A stretch of 64,000 nt of DNA from Escherichia coli (lineage in GTDB: Bacteria > Pseudomonadota > Gammaproteobacteria > Enterobacterales > Enterobacteriaceae): NCBI RefSeq assembly GCF_003334315.1, contig NZ_QOWR01000014.1. One strand, given 5' to 3'. Positions 1 to 11,953 of this stretch are shown piece by piece; position 1 is the stretch's first letter, and every line of letters begins with the position of its first letter. The position numbers and the translations under genes were made by a program. The notes under the pieces are model-generated. The model worked only from the letters and a program-made list of their open reading frames with translations. It was not told the origin of the DNA and made no database searches.

Positions 1-81
1 ACAGGTTCTACGTTTAGTTGCCGCGCTTTTATATGCGCTTGATTTACAACATCTTCTGGATAATTTTTACCAGAAAAATCA

Positions 82-846
82 CTAATTCTTTCGTTGCTCC
101 AGACGACGCAGAGAACGCTCACGGCGGCTCTCTTCACGACTTCTGTCGAGCAAAATTTCTTCGATAAAGGCCAGATGGCGATGCGATGCTTCGCGCGCTT
201 CTTCCGGCTTACCGGCCATAATCGCTTCAAATATGCGGGTGCGGTGACTACTCACCAGCGGCAGCATCTCGCGACGCGAATAGAGCAATTCGAAGTTCTG
301 GCGGACATTCTGGGCCAACATCGGCTCCATACACCTTAGCAGATGAAGCAGAACCACATTGTGGGCCGCTTCAGTGACAGCAATCTGATACTGGAGTACG
401 GCGTTTGATTCCGCGTCCAGATCGCCAGACTGCTGCGCCAGCTCTATGGCGTGGTGGAGTTCACGGATGCGTTCCTTGTCTTCATCGGTACTACGCAGCG
501 CGGCGTAATAAGCGGCGATACCTTCCAGGGCGTGTCGTGTTTCGAGCAAGTCATACTGTGACTCAGGATGGTCGGAGAGCAGCTCCACCAGCGGATCGCT
601 GAAGCTTTGCCATAGGCTGCTCTGGACAAAAGTGCCGCCACCCTGGCGACGAAGCAACAAGCCCTTCGCTTCGAGACGTTGAATCGCCTCACGCAAGGAG
701 GGACGGGAGACGTCAAACTGTTTTGCCAGTTCGCGTTCCGGTGGGAGTTTTTCGCCCGGGCGGAGAGTGCCTTCGAGGATCAAAAACTCCAGTTGCTGCT
801 CAATCACATCGGAGAGTTTTGGTTGGCGGATTTTGCTGTAGGCCAT
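82..846 (-). CDS. pdhR: Pyruvate dehydrogenase complex repressor PdhR (GntR family), 254 aa
   Basis: ORF 82..879 translation contains the PdhR sequence ([18 protein letters not shown]...); start trimmed to the internal ATG at 844-846 to give 254 aa. Confidence 0.93.
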
Positions 847-877
847 GAGTTCCTGTCTTAAGCCACTTGCCGAAGTC

Positions 878-894
878 AATTGGTCTTACCAATT
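878..894. promoter_or_regulatory. PdhR operator-like perfect palindrome AATTGGT-ctt-ACCAATT upstream of pdhR
   Basis: Read directly: aattggtcttaccaatt, 7-bp perfect arms around a 3-bp centre, 32-48 bp upstream of the pdhR start; matches the PdhR box consensus as I recall it. Confidence 0.7.
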
Positions 895-1386
895 TCATGT
901 CTGTGACGCTAAAGTAACAAAGTATTCACCTTATGTCCATACAGGTTTTGATTGAAATCATGAAACTGTGCACATTTTAACAACTTGACATATATAACGT
1001 TTCAAAGTTGTAACTATGCACAAATGTAGACTTTACGTAGGAAAGGAGTTTTTTAACGATTATTAAACTATAAAAATCCGAATTGAACCGATTCACTTAC
1101 CAATTTTGTGATTTTTAATTCAATTAAAACGAATTTAAATTCATTCTACATATTGAGAGGGATTGAGGCTGAGCTTTACAAACGGTTTCTTTTTAAGCAA
1201 CTCATCTTCAACCATGCATAAAGCGGGTGCATTCGCTGCCGCATACCATTATTCTTGATCTGACGGAAGTCTTTTTGTAACAATTCAAACTTCTTTGATG
1301 TAAACAAATTAATACAACAAACGGAATTGCAAACTTACACACGCATCACTGCGTAGATCAAAAAAACAACCACCGCACGAGGTTTC

Positions 1387-2760
1387 ATGATGGAAGGTCA
1401 ACAGCACGGCGAGCAGCTAAAGCGCGGCCTTAAAAACCGCCATATTCAGCTTATCGCGCTGGGTGGCGCGATAGGGACCGGGTTATTCCTGGGTAGCGCC
1501 TCCGTAATACAGTCCGCAGGGCCAGGGATTATCCTGGGTTACGCCATTGCTGGTTTTATCGCCTTTCTGATCATGCGTCAGCTGGGTGAAATGGTGGTCG
1601 AAGAACCTGTCGCAGGCTCCTTTAGCCACTTTGCTTATAAATACTGGGGCAGTTTTGCCGGTTTCGCCTCTGGCTGGAACTACTGGGTACTGTACGTTTT
1701 AGTTGCCATGGCTGAGCTGACTGCCGTGGGTAAATACATTCAGTTCTGGTATCCGGAAATCCCCACCTGGGTTTCTGCCGCCGTATTCTTTGTGGTGATT
1801 AACGCCATCAACCTGACCAACGTTAAAGTGTTTGGCGAGATGGAGTTCTGGTTTGCCATTATCAAAGTTATCGCGGTGGTCGCGATGATCATCTTCGGCG
1901 GCTGGCTGCTATTCAGTGGCAACGGCGGCCCGCAGGCGACCGTTAGCAACCTGTGGGATCAGGGTGGTTTCCTGCCGCACGGCTTCACCGGGCTGGTGAT
2001 GATGATGGCGATTATCATGTTCTCGTTCGGTGGTCTGGAACTGGTGGGGATCACCGCAGCAGAAGCTGATAACCCGGAGCAAAGTATACCGAAAGCAACT
2101 AACCAGGTTATCTACCGCATCCTGATTTTCTATATTGGTTCGTTAGCCGTTCTGCTCTCACTGATGCCGTGGACCCGCGTTACCGCCGATACCAGTCCGT
2201 TTGTGCTGATCTTCCACGAGTTAGGCGATACCTTTGTGGCGAATGCGCTGAACATCGTGGTACTGACTGCGGCGCTCTCCGTGTACAACAGCTGCGTATA
2301 TTGCAACAGCCGTATGCTGTTTGGTCTGGCACAACAGGGTAATGCGCCAAAAGCGCTGGCGTCTGTCGATAAACGTGGTGTACCAGTAAATACCATTCTG
2401 GTGTCTGCACTGGTAACGGCGTTGTGCGTACTGATTAACTACCTTGCCCCAGAGTCCGCTTTCGGACTGTTAATGGCGCTAGTGGTATCTGCACTGGTAA
2501 TCAACTGGGCGATGATTAGCCTGGCGCATATGAAATTCCGTCGCGCCAAGCAGGAACAAGGCGTGGTAACTCGCTTCCCTGCTCTGCTTTATCCGCTGGG
2601 TAACTGGATCTGCCTGCTGTTTATGGCGGCGGTACTGGTGATTATGCTGATGACCCCAGGAATGGCGATTTCGGTATACCTGATCCCGGTATGGCTGATC
2701 GTGTTAGGTATCGGCTATCTGTTTAAAGAGAAAACCGCCAAAGCCGTAAAAGCGCATTAA
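1387..2760 (+). CDS. aroP: Aromatic amino acid:H+ symporter AroP, 457 aa
   Basis: Full-length ORF (MMEGQQHGEQLKRGLKNRHIQLIALGGAIGTGLF...), APC-family permease, divergent from pdhR. Confidence 0.95.
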   Translation: MMEGQQHGEQLKRGLKNRHIQLIALGGAIGTGLFLGSASVIQSAGPGIILGYAIAGFIAFLIMRQLGEMVVEEPVAGSFSHFAYKYWGSFAGFASGWNYWVLYVLVAMAELTAVGKYIQFWYPEIPTWVSAAVFFVVINAINLTNVKVFGEMEFWFAIIKVIAVVAMIIFGGWLLFSGNGGPQATVSNLWDQGGFLPHGFTGLVMMMAIIMFSFGGLELVGITAAEADNPEQSIPKATNQVIYRILIFYIGSLAVLLSLMPWTRVTADTSPFVLIFHELGDTFVANALNIVVLTAALSVYNSCVYCNSRMLFGLAQQGNAPKALASVDKRGVPVNTILVSALVTALCVLINYLAPESAFGLLMALVVSALVINWAMISLAHMKFRRAKQEQGVVTRFPALLYPLGNWICLLFMAAVLVIMLMTPGMAISVYLIPVWLIVLGIGYLFKEKTAKAVKAH

Positions 2761-2769
2761 TCTCTCTAC

Positions 2770-2794
2770 GCCCTCACCCGTACAGGGTGAGGGC
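2770..2794 (+). terminator. Stem-loop after aroP, between convergent aroP and ampE
   Basis: gccctcaccc-gtaca-gggtgagggc, perfect 10-bp stem 10 nt past the aroP stop; weak downstream T-run. Confidence 0.55.
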
Positions 2795-2802
2795 AATAAT
2801 CT

Positions 2803-3657
2803 TTACACCAACGCCCCGTAAATCGTCAGTAGTGCAATCACCACCACGACCACGAACGAGGTTTTCTTCGCCATTGAAACCGCTGCCTTCGGCGTCTCCA
2901 CCTTATCGACATGCGGTTCACGCGCCAGAGAGAACTGCGCCAGACGCGTTAACACCTGATACTGCGAAGTATGGAAATCACCCAGCGAAGCAAACCAGGC
3001 CGGTAACGCTTTCTCACCATGACCGATCAAGGCATATACCACACCCGCAAGACGAACCGGCACCCAATCCAGTACATGAAGCACGGCATCAATGCCGGAC
3101 TGTAAACGATGATGCGGCGTCTGATATCGCGCCAGCCAGTATTGCCATGCACGCAAAAACGCATACCCCATCAGCGTAACGGGTCCCCAGGTTCCCCCCA
3201 CAATCAGCCAGAACAGCGGTGCAAGATAAAAACGAAAGTTAATCCACAGCAATGCATTTTGCAGCTCACGCAAATACTCACGTTCGTCGCAGCCTGCCGG
3301 GACGCCGTGAATCATGGTGAGTTCGCCAGCCATCGTGGCACGGGCATGGCTATCATTACGTGAAGCAGCTGTCAGATAAGCATGATAATGAAGACGAACT
3401 TTACCTGCGCCAATACACAGCAAACCAATCAGCAGCCACACCAGTAGCGTGGGAACGTTGAACAATACTCCCTGCAATGCGCGTAACAGTAAAAAAGTCA
3501 CGCCCATCGCAATAATGGTCATGCCTAACGTGCGCCCGAGAGAAAAATGTTTCACCCGCCGAAAGAACGCTTCAAGACGATGATCAAGCTGCCAGTGCTC
3601 GCCCAACTTAAACAGGCGCTCGAAAATTAACACCAGTAAGGTTGTAAATAGCGTCAT
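2803..3657 (-). CDS. ampE: Inner-membrane protein AmpE, 284 aa
   Basis: ORF 2803..3696 contains [26 protein letters not shown]...; start set at the ATG at 3655-3657, which overlaps the ampD stop (ATGA). Confidence 0.9.
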
Positions 3658-4205
3658 GTTGTCTCCTTGCTGACCAGCACACGAAACCGTACCCAATCAA
3701 ATGCAGGACCGGGATCGGTTTTCCGATCCGGCGCAATATCACAATGGCCCGTCATGTTTTTAGCGATATCCGGATAGCAATCAATCAGTGCCCGCGTAAC
3801 CGCCGCAAGCTGTTGATACTGCGCATCGGTATACGCCAGCGTATCGGTGCCTTCAAGCTCAATCCCAATAGAAAAATCATTGCAGCGTTCGCGCCCCTGA
3901 TACTGAGAGACTCCCGCATGCCATGCACGTTTATCGAAAGGAACATACTGGACTATTTCACCATCACGGCGAATCAAACAGTGAGCGGAGACGCGCAAAT
4001 GGGCGATCTCAGCAAAGAAAGGATGTGCCTGCGGATCAATAGTTCCAGTGAATAATGCGTCGATCCACGGACCGCCAAACTCGCCTGGCGGCAGGCTAAT
4101 ATTGTGCACCACCAGCAGGGTGGGTGTTTCGTCATCCGGGCGGCAATCGTAATGTGGTGAGGGAACGCGGCGCGCGCCAACCAGCCACCCCTGTTCTAAC
4201 AACAT
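3654..4205 (-). CDS. ampD: 1,6-anhydro-N-acetylmuramyl-L-alanine amidase AmpD, 183 aa
   Basis: Full-length [48 protein letters not shown]...; forms the ampDE operon. Confidence 0.95.
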
Positions 4206-4232
4206 GCAGGATCTCCTTATATGTGGTGCTAA

Positions 4233-5186
<954 letters not shown>

Positions 5187-5388
5187 TAGTTGACAGATTT
5201 ATCCGCTCCATCGCGGGCGGATAATCTCCCCTTCCCCAACTTTCTTCGTAACGCCTCGCAAATTTCTTGTCTTTCGCTGCAACGAAATAAAAAACCTCGG
5301 AATCTGCTTTCCCGTTTCGTTTTTTGCCCCTCGCCTGTGCTGATGGCGTTTGCCAAAGTAGCGCCAACCAAATCAAGGAGCGAAACAG

Positions 5389-5829
5389 ATGGACAAGCAA
5401 CGCGGTTTTACACTTATCGAACTGATGGTGGTTATTGGCATCATTGCCATTTTAAGCGCCATTGGTATTCCCGCTTATCAAAACTACCTGCGCAAAGCCG
5501 CACTCACCGACATGCTACAAACCTTTGTGCCTTACCGTACCGCCGTAGAGTTGTGCGCGCTGGAACATGGTGGATTAGATACCTGCGACGGTGGCAGCAA
5601 TGGCATTCCCTCGCCTACCACCACCCGCTATGTTTCAGCCATGAGTGTGGCAAAGGACGTGGTGTCGCTGACCGGGCAAGAAAGTCTCAATGGGCTAAGC
5701 GTCGTCATGACACCGGGTTGGGATAACGCAAACGGCGTCACCGGCTGGACGCGCAACTGCAATATTCAAAGTGACAGCGCATTGCAGCAAGCCTGCGAAG
5801 ATGTCTTCCGCTTTGATGACGCCAACTAA
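5389..5829 (+). CDS. ppdD: Type IV prepilin (major pilin) PpdD, 146 aa
   Basis: N-terminus MDKQRGFTLIELMVVIGIIAILSAIGIPAYQNY is a class III leader with the G|FTLIE prepilin-peptidase site and a hydrophobic N-terminal helix. Confidence 0.95.
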   Translation: MDKQRGFTLIELMVVIGIIAILSAIGIPAYQNYLRKAALTDMLQTFVPYRTAVELCALEHGGLDTCDGGSNGIPSPTTTRYVSAMSVAKDVVSLTGQESLNGLSVVMTPGWDNANGVTGWTRNCNIQSDSALQQACEDVFRFDDAN

Positions 5830-5838
5830 GGAGCGGCA

Positions 5839-7224
5839 ATGAATATTCCACAGCTCACTGCCCTGTGTCTGCGTTATCATGGAGTCTTGCTGGATGCCAG
5901 CGAAGAGGTGGTTCATGTTGCGGTAGTCGATGCACCTTCGCATGAGCTACTGGACGCATTGCATTTCGCTACCACCAAACGTATTGAGATCACCTGCTGG
6001 ACGCGCCAACAAATGGAAGGTCACGCCAGTCGCACACAACAGACATTGCCCGTAGCTGTTCAGGAGAAGCATCAGCCCAAAGCAGAGTTGCTAACTCGAA
6101 CGTTACAATCTGCGCTGGAACAACGCGCGTCTGATATTCATATCGAACCAGCGGACAATGCCTACCGCATCCGCTTGCGTATCGACGGCGTATTGCATCC
6201 TTTACCGGATGTTTCACCGGATGCCGGAGTCGCATTAACCGCCAGATTAAAAGTGCTGGGAAACCTGGATATTGCGGAACATCGCCTGCCGCAGGACGGG
6301 CAATTCACTGTCGAACTGGCAGGAAACGCCGTCTCATTTCGTATTGCGACCTTACCATGTCGGGGTGGTGAAAAGGTGGTATTAAGGTTGTTACAGCAGG
6401 TGGGTCAGGCACTGGATGTCAACACGCTTGGAATGCAGCCGTTACAACTGGCGGACTTTGCTCATGCCTTGCAACAACCACAGGGACTGGTGCTGGTAAC
6501 TGGCCCTACCGGCAGCGGCAAAACGGTCACGCTTTATAGTGCCCTGCAAAAGCTGAATACCGCTGACATTAATATTTGTAGCGTCGAAGATCCAGTTGAG
6601 ATCCCCATAGCCGGACTAAACCAGACGCAAATCCATCCGCGTGCCGGACTCACCTTTCAGGGCGTTTTGCGTGCGTTATTGCGCCAGGATCCTGACGTCA
6701 TCATGATCGGAGAGATCCGCGATGGCGAAACAGCAGAGATCGCTATTAAAGCGGCGCAAACTGGTCACCTGGTGTTGTCTACCCTACACACTAATTCCAC
6801 CTGCGAAACGCTGGTACGTTTACAGCAAATGGGGGTCGCCCGCTGGATGCTATCATCGGCGCTTACGCTGGTAATAGCCCAGCGTCTGGTACGCAAACTT
6901 TGCCCACATTGTCGCCGGCAGCAAGGGGAGCCCATCCACATTCCAGACAATGTATGGCCATCGCCGCTGCCCCACTGGCAGGCACCCGGTTGTGTACATT
7001 GCTACCACGGTTTTTATGGTCGTACGGCCTTATTTGAAGTTCTGCCCATAACGCCGGTCATTCGTCAGCTTATTTCCGCTAATACCGACGTTGAATCGCT
7101 GGAAACGCACGCACGACAGGCGGGTATGCGTACGCTTTTTGAAAACGGCTGCCTGGCCGTAGAGCAAGGCTTAACCACCTTTGAAGAGTTAATCCGCGTA
7201 CTGGGGATGCCGCATGGCGAGTAA
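5839..7224 (+). CDS. hofB: Type IV pilus assembly ATPase HofB (GspE/PilB family), 461 aa
   Basis: Walker A GPTGSGKT and a C-terminal CxxC...CxxC tetracysteine motif are visible in the translation. Confidence 0.95.
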   Translation: MNIPQLTALCLRYHGVLLDASEEVVHVAVVDAPSHELLDALHFATTKRIEITCWTRQQMEGHASRTQQTLPVAVQEKHQPKAELLTRTLQSALEQRASDIHIEPADNAYRIRLRIDGVLHPLPDVSPDAGVALTARLKVLGNLDIAEHRLPQDGQFTVELAGNAVSFRIATLPCRGGEKVVLRLLQQVGQALDVNTLGMQPLQLADFAHALQQPQGLVLVTGPTGSGKTVTLYSALQKLNTADINICSVEDPVEIPIAGLNQTQIHPRAGLTFQGVLRALLRQDPDVIMIGEIRDGETAEIAIKAAQTGHLVLSTLHTNSTCETLVRLQQMGVARWMLSSALTLVIAQRLVRKLCPHCRRQQGEPIHIPDNVWPSPLPHWQAPGCVHCYHGFYGRTALFEVLPITPVIRQLISANTDVESLETHARQAGMRTLFENGCLAVEQGLTTFEELIRVLGMPHGE

Positions 7225-8416
7225 GCAACTCTGGCGCTGGCATGGCATAACCGGCGACGGCAATGCGCAAGATGGGATGCTATGGGCAGAGAGCCGTACT
7301 TTACTGCTTATGGCACTACAGCAACAGATGGTTACCCCACTAAGCCTGAAGCGAATCGCCATCAATTCTGCGCAGTGGCGAGGAGATAAAAGCGCGGAAG
7401 TCATTCATCAACTGGCGACGCTACTCAAAGCAGGGTTAACGCTTTCTGAAGGGCTGGCTCTGCTGGCGGAACAGCATCCCAGTAAGCAATGGCAAGCGTT
7501 GCTGCAATCGCTGGCGCACGATCTCGAACAGGGCATTGCTTTTTCCAATGCCTTATTACCCTGGTCAGAGGTATTTCCGCCGCTCTATCAGGCGATGATC
7601 CGCACGGGTGAACTGACCGGTAAGCTGGATGAATGCTGCTTTGAACTGGCGCGTCAGCAAAAAGCCCAGCGTCAGTTGACCGACAAAGTGAAATCAGCGT
7701 TACGTTATCCCATCATCATTTTAGCGATGGCAATCATGGTGGTTGTGGCAATGCTGCATTTTGTTCTGCCGGAGTTTGCCGCTATCTATAAGACCTTCAA
7801 CACCCCACTACCGGCACTAACGCAGGGGATCATGACGCTGGCAGACTTTAGTGGCGAATGGAGCTGGCTGCTGGTGTTGTTCGGCTTTCTGCTGGCGATA
7901 GCCAATAAGTTGCTGATGCGCCGACCGACCTGGCTTATAGTGCGGCAGAAATTGCTGTTACGCATCCCGATTATGGGTTCACTGATGCGGGGACAAAAAC
8001 TCACGCAGATCTTTACGATTCTGGCGCTGACACAAAGTGCAGGCATTACTTTTTTACAGGGCGTAGAGAGCGTCAGAGAAACAATGCGCTGCCCGTACTG
8101 GGTGCAACTTCTGACACAAATCCAGCACGATATCAGTAACGGTCAACCCATCTGGCTGGCGCTAAAAAATACCGGTGAGTTTAGCCCGCTCTGTTTGCAA
8201 TTAGTGAGAACAGGAGAGGCATCCGGCTCTCTGGATCTCATGTTAGACAACCTCGCCCATCATCATCGGGAAAACACAATGGCGCTGGCGGATAACCTCG
8301 CAGCCTTACTGGAACCGGCGTTGCTGATCATAACGGGAGGAATTATTGGTACGCTGGTGGTGGCAATGTATCTGCCAATTTTCCATTTAGGCGATGCGAT
8401 GAGTGGGATGGGATAA
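7214..8416 (+). CDS. hofC: Type IV pilus inner-membrane platform protein HofC (GspF/PilC family), 400 aa
   Basis: Full-length ORF overlapping the hofB 3' end by 11 nt; polytopic membrane protein. Confidence 0.93.
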   Translation: MASKQLWRWHGITGDGNAQDGMLWAESRTLLLMALQQQMVTPLSLKRIAINSAQWRGDKSAEVIHQLATLLKAGLTLSEGLALLAEQHPSKQWQALLQSLAHDLEQGIAFSNALLPWSEVFPPLYQAMIRTGELTGKLDECCFELARQQKAQRQLTDKVKSALRYPIIILAMAIMVVVAMLHFVLPEFAAIYKTFNTPLPALTQGIMTLADFSGEWSWLLVLFGFLLAIANKLLMRRPTWLIVRQKLLLRIPIMGSLMRGQKLTQIFTILALTQSAGITFLQGVESVRETMRCPYWVQLLTQIQHDISNGQPIWLALKNTGEFSPLCLQLVRTGEASGSLDLMLDNLAHHHRENTMALADNLAALLEPALLIITGGIIGTLVVAMYLPIFHLGDAMSGMG

Positions 8417-8444
8417 CGCTGGCGTGTTGCTCCACGCCAGCGTT
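8415..8444. terminator. 12-bp perfect-stem hairpin between convergent hofC and guaC
   Basis: aacgctggcgtg-ttgctc-cacgccagcgtt; no strong U-tract on either strand, so terminator function is inferred from position only. Confidence 0.5.
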
Positions 8445-8450
8445 GGGAGA

Positions 8451-9494
8451 TTACAGGTTGTTGAAGATGCGGTTTTCTTGTTCCTGCACACGAATAAACG
8501 TGGTGCGCTTGGTCAGCTCTTTCAGGCGTGAAGCCCCAACGTATGTACAAGCTGAACGCAGGCCGCCCAAAATATCTCGCGCGGTATTTTCAACCGGGCC
8601 TCGCAGCGGCAGCTTAACGGTTTTACCTTCTGCTGCGCGATATTCCGCAACGCCGCCAACGTGACGTTTCATCGCAGACTCGGAGCTCATGCCGTAGAAC
8701 AGCATAAATTTCTCGCCGTTCTCCTCAACGATGCGACCGCCGCTCTCTTCGTGGCCCGCCAGCATGCCGCCAAGCATGACGAAATCGGCACCGCCGCCAA
8801 AGGCTTTCGCCACATCGCCCGGCGTGGTGCAGCCACCATCGCTGACGATCATTCCGCCCAGACCGTGCGCAGCATCGGCACATTCGATTACCGCAGAAAG
8901 TTGCGGATAACCGACGCCTGTTTTGACGCGAGTTGTACAAACAGAACCTGGGCCAATGCCAACTTTAACGATATCGGCACCTGAGAGGATAAGCTCCTCA
9001 CACATTTCACCAGTCACTACGTTACCAGCACAAATGGTTTTGGTCGGCCACGCTTCACGCGCTTTCGCAACGAACTGCACGAAGTGTTCGGAATAACCAT
9101 TCGCCACGTCAATACAAACGAAGTTTAATGCCGGGTTCAGGTCGAGAATCTGTTTAGTTTTTTCGAAATCCGCATCAGACGTACCGGTAGAAACCATCAC
9201 ATGTTTCAGCACATCAGCGGAAGAATTGTTGATAAACGCTTGCCACTCTTCGACAGAATAGTGTTTATGCACAGCAGTCAAAATATCAAAAGAAGCCAGC
9301 GCAGAGGCCATAGAAAATGTGCCTACGGTGTCCATATTTGCGGCGATAATCGGCACGCCGGACCAGCTCTGACCTGAATGTTTGAAGGTGAATTGACGTT
9401 CCAGTTCAACATCGGAACGGCTTTTAAGAGTGGAGCGTTTAGGGCGGATGAGAACGTCTTTAAAACCTAACTTCAGATCTTCTTCAATACGCAT
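8451..9494 (-). CDS. guaC: GMP reductase GuaC, 347 aa
   Basis: Full-length [38 protein letters not shown]...; IMPDH/GMPR family. Confidence 0.95.
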
Positions 9495-9718
9495 GTGCGG
9501 ATTCCTGGGGTTAATGGCTATAAGGGTAAGAGCGCAACTCCAGTGACGCTATCATACGCACTAATCAATGCGGCGCAAGACTGCGAAATTGTCTTTTTTT
9601 ACGCTACAATCCCATAAATTTACCTGGTAAATAGTGAGCGAACGTTTCATCAATTTCGCTTTCGTGCACTCATTTTTAACGTTTTGATAATCATGATGAA
9701 TTCCCGGGAATATAAATT

Positions 9719-10339
9719 ATGAGGTATATAGTTGCCTTAACGGGAGGCATTGGCAGTGGCAAGAGTACCGTTGCCAATGCGTTTGCTGATCTCGGAATTA
9801 ACGTCATTGATGCCGATATTATTGCGCGTCAGGTGGTTGAACCAGGTGCACCTGCGCTACATGCCATTGCTGATCACTTTGGCGCTAACATGATTGCTGC
9901 TGATGGAACATTGCAGCGCCGGGCCTTGCGCGAGCGGATCTTCGCCAACCCGGAAGAGAAAAACTGGCTTAACGCCCTGCTGCATCCGCTGATTCAGCAA
10001 GAGACGCAACACCAGATCCAGCAAGCTACTTCCCCCTATGTACTGTGGGTTGTGCCATTGCTGGTAGAAAACTCACTGTATAAAAAAGCGAATCGAGTGC
10101 TGGTGGTGGATGTCAGCCCAGAAACGCAACTTAAGCGCACCATGCAGCGCGATGATGTAACTCGCGAGCATGTCGAACAAATCCTTGCTGCTCAGGCAAC
10201 GCGCGAAGCCCGCCTTGCCGTGGCAGATGACGTCATTGATAATAACGGCGCACCGGATGCTATCGCATCGGATGTTGCCCGCCTGCACGCACACTATTTG
10301 CAGCTTGCGTCGCAGTTTGTCTCACAGGAAAAACCGTAA
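9719..10339 (+). CDS. coaE: Dephospho-CoA kinase CoaE, 206 aa
   Basis: [22 protein letters not shown]... with P-loop; stop overlaps the zapD start (TAATG). Confidence 0.95.
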   Translation: MRYIVALTGGIGSGKSTVANAFADLGINVIDADIIARQVVEPGAPALHAIADHFGANMIAADGTLQRRALRERIFANPEEKNWLNALLHPLIQQETQHQIQQATSPYVLWVVPLLVENSLYKKANRVLVVDVSPETQLKRTMQRDDVTREHVEQILAAQATREARLAVADDVIDNNGAPDAIASDVARLHAHYLQLASQFVSQEKP

Positions 10340-11082
10340 TGCAGACCCAGGTCCTTTTTGAACATCCACTAAATGAAAAAATGCGTACATGGCTGCGCAT
10401 TGAGTTTTTGATTCAGCAACTCACCGTTAATTTACCCATCGTTGACCACGCTGGCGCGCTGCATTTCTTCCGTAATGTCAGTGAATTACTGGATGTTTTC
10501 GAGCGCGGCGAAGTCCGCACTGAGCTGTTGAAAGAACTTGACCGGCAGCAACGTAAACTCCAGACCTGGATTGGCGTGCCTGGCGTGGACCAGAGCCGTA
10601 TTGAAGCATTAATTCAGCAGTTAAAAGCGGCGGGGAGCGTATTAATTTCCGCGCCGCGTATCGGGCAATTTCTGCGTGAAGATCGTTTGATTGCTCTGGT
10701 GCGTCAGCGACTGAGCATCCCAGGCGGCTGTTGCAGCTTTGATTTACCTACATTGCACATTTGGCTGCATCTACCCCTGGCGCAGCGCGACAGCCAGGTA
10801 GAAACCTGGATTGCCAGCCTGAACCCGCTCACCCAGGCACTTACCATGGTGCTGGATTTAATTCGCCAGTCGGCCCCCTTCCGTAAACAAACCAGCCTGA
10901 ATGGTTTTTATCAGGATAACGGTGGCGATGCCGACTTGCTGCGCCTGAATCTGTCGCTCGATTCACAGCTTTATCCGCAAATTTCCGGACATAAGAGCCG
11001 TTTTGCCATTCGTTTTATGCCGCTGGACACTGAAAACGGACAGGTACCGGAACGTCTGGATTTCGAACTGGCCTGTTGCTAA
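10339..11082 (+). CDS. zapD: Cell-division factor ZapD (YacF), 247 aa
   Basis: Full-length [30 protein letters not shown]..., translationally coupled to coaE. Confidence 0.93.
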   Translation: MQTQVLFEHPLNEKMRTWLRIEFLIQQLTVNLPIVDHAGALHFFRNVSELLDVFERGEVRTELLKELDRQQRKLQTWIGVPGVDQSRIEALIQQLKAAGSVLISAPRIGQFLREDRLIALVRQRLSIPGGCCSFDLPTLHIWLHLPLAQRDSQVETWIASLNPLTQALTMVLDLIRQSAPFRKQTSLNGFYQDNGGDADLLRLNLSLDSQLYPQISGHKSRFAIRFMPLDTENGQVPERLDFELACC

Positions 11083-11091
11083 GGAGTAAAA

Positions 11092-11289
11092 ATGTCAGAA
11101 ACTATTACGGTGAATTGCCCAACCTGCGGGAAAACGGTGGTGTGGGGTGAAATCAGCCCGTTTCGGCCATTTTGCTCCAAACGTTGTCAGCTGATCGACC
11201 TCGGAGAATGGGCTGCTGAAGAAAAACGAATCCCCAGCAGTGGCGATCTTTCCGAAAGCGATGACTGGAGCGAAGAACCAAAGCAGTGA
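11092..11289 (+). CDS. yacG: DNA gyrase inhibitor YacG, 65 aa zinc-finger protein
   Basis: [41 protein letters not shown]... with CxxC...CxxC zinc ribbon. Confidence 0.93.
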
Positions 11290-11295
11290 CATTTG

Positions 11296-11500
<205 letters not shown>

Positions 11501-11504
11501 TGAC

Positions 11505-11894
11505 CTACAGACGTTTAAGCTTCGCAATTACCGGTTCATTGGCTGGCGGAAAATCATCGGCATTAAGACCGACCAGCGACATCCACTCACCGGGTTGCCC
11601 TTCTTTACCCCACGGCTCCCCTTCCCAGCGTTCGACCAGCCAAAACCACAGTGTTATATGCCTGTCCGGGAATTCATATTCCAGTTTTTCAAATAGCGAA
11701 AAATGTTGGGGGGTAATCCCGACTTCTTCCTGAAGTTCACGCACCACCGCCTGTTCCGGCGTTTCACCCATTTCAATTTTACCGCCGGGAAACTCCAGTT
11801 TATTCGCCATGTGCGCATCTGCTGCGCGACGCGTTATAAAGATTTCATTGTTCTCGTTGCGAATAATACCTACCGCAATTTGCAGCTTTTTCAT
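11505..11894 (-). CDS. mutT: 8-oxo-dGTP diphosphatase MutT (Nudix), 129 aa
   Basis: MKKLQIAVGIIRNENNEIFITRRAADAHMANKLEFPGGKIEMGETPEQAVVRELQEEVG... with Nudix box. Confidence 0.95.
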   Translation of the reverse strand: MKKLQIAVGIIRNENNEIFITRRAADAHMANKLEFPGGKIEMGETPEQAVVRELQEEVGITPQHFSLFEKLEYEFPDRHITLWFWLVERWEGEPWGKEGQPGEWMSLVGLNADDFPPANEPVIAKLKRL

Positions 11895-11908
11895 TGTCTT
11901 AAACCTAT

Positions 11909-11936
11909 AAAAAAGGCGCAGAATCCTGCGCCTTTT
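11909..11936 (-). terminator. Rho-independent terminator downstream of secA
   Basis: Minus strand reads ggcgcag-gatt-ctgcgcc followed by a U-run, 20 nt after the secA stop. Confidence 0.7.
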
Positions 11937-11953
11937 ACTTCAACAGTTAGCTT

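Noticed and set aside
82-879. Upstream-extended versions of known genes in the ORF track (pdhR 265 aa, ampE 297 aa, nadC 311 aa, rsmH 356 aa, mraZ 164 aa, ilvH 173 aa, ilvI 604 aa, leuO 342 aa, sgrR 558 aa, thiQ 239 aa, araC 309 aa, araA 508 aa, rluA 238 aa)
   Set aside because: The track takes the longest ORF from the most upstream start. In each case an internal ATG gives exactly the known protein length and usually sits at a translational-coupling overlap with the upstream gene, so the shorter coordinates were used.
9700-9711. 12-bp perfect palindrome attcccgggaat (overlapping EcoRI-like and SmaI sites) just upstream of coaE
   Set aside because: It looked like a polylinker or operator, but a 12-bp palindrome is expected by chance several times in 64 kb and the flanks are native guaC-coaE intergenic sequence; no support for a cloning artefact or a specific regulator.
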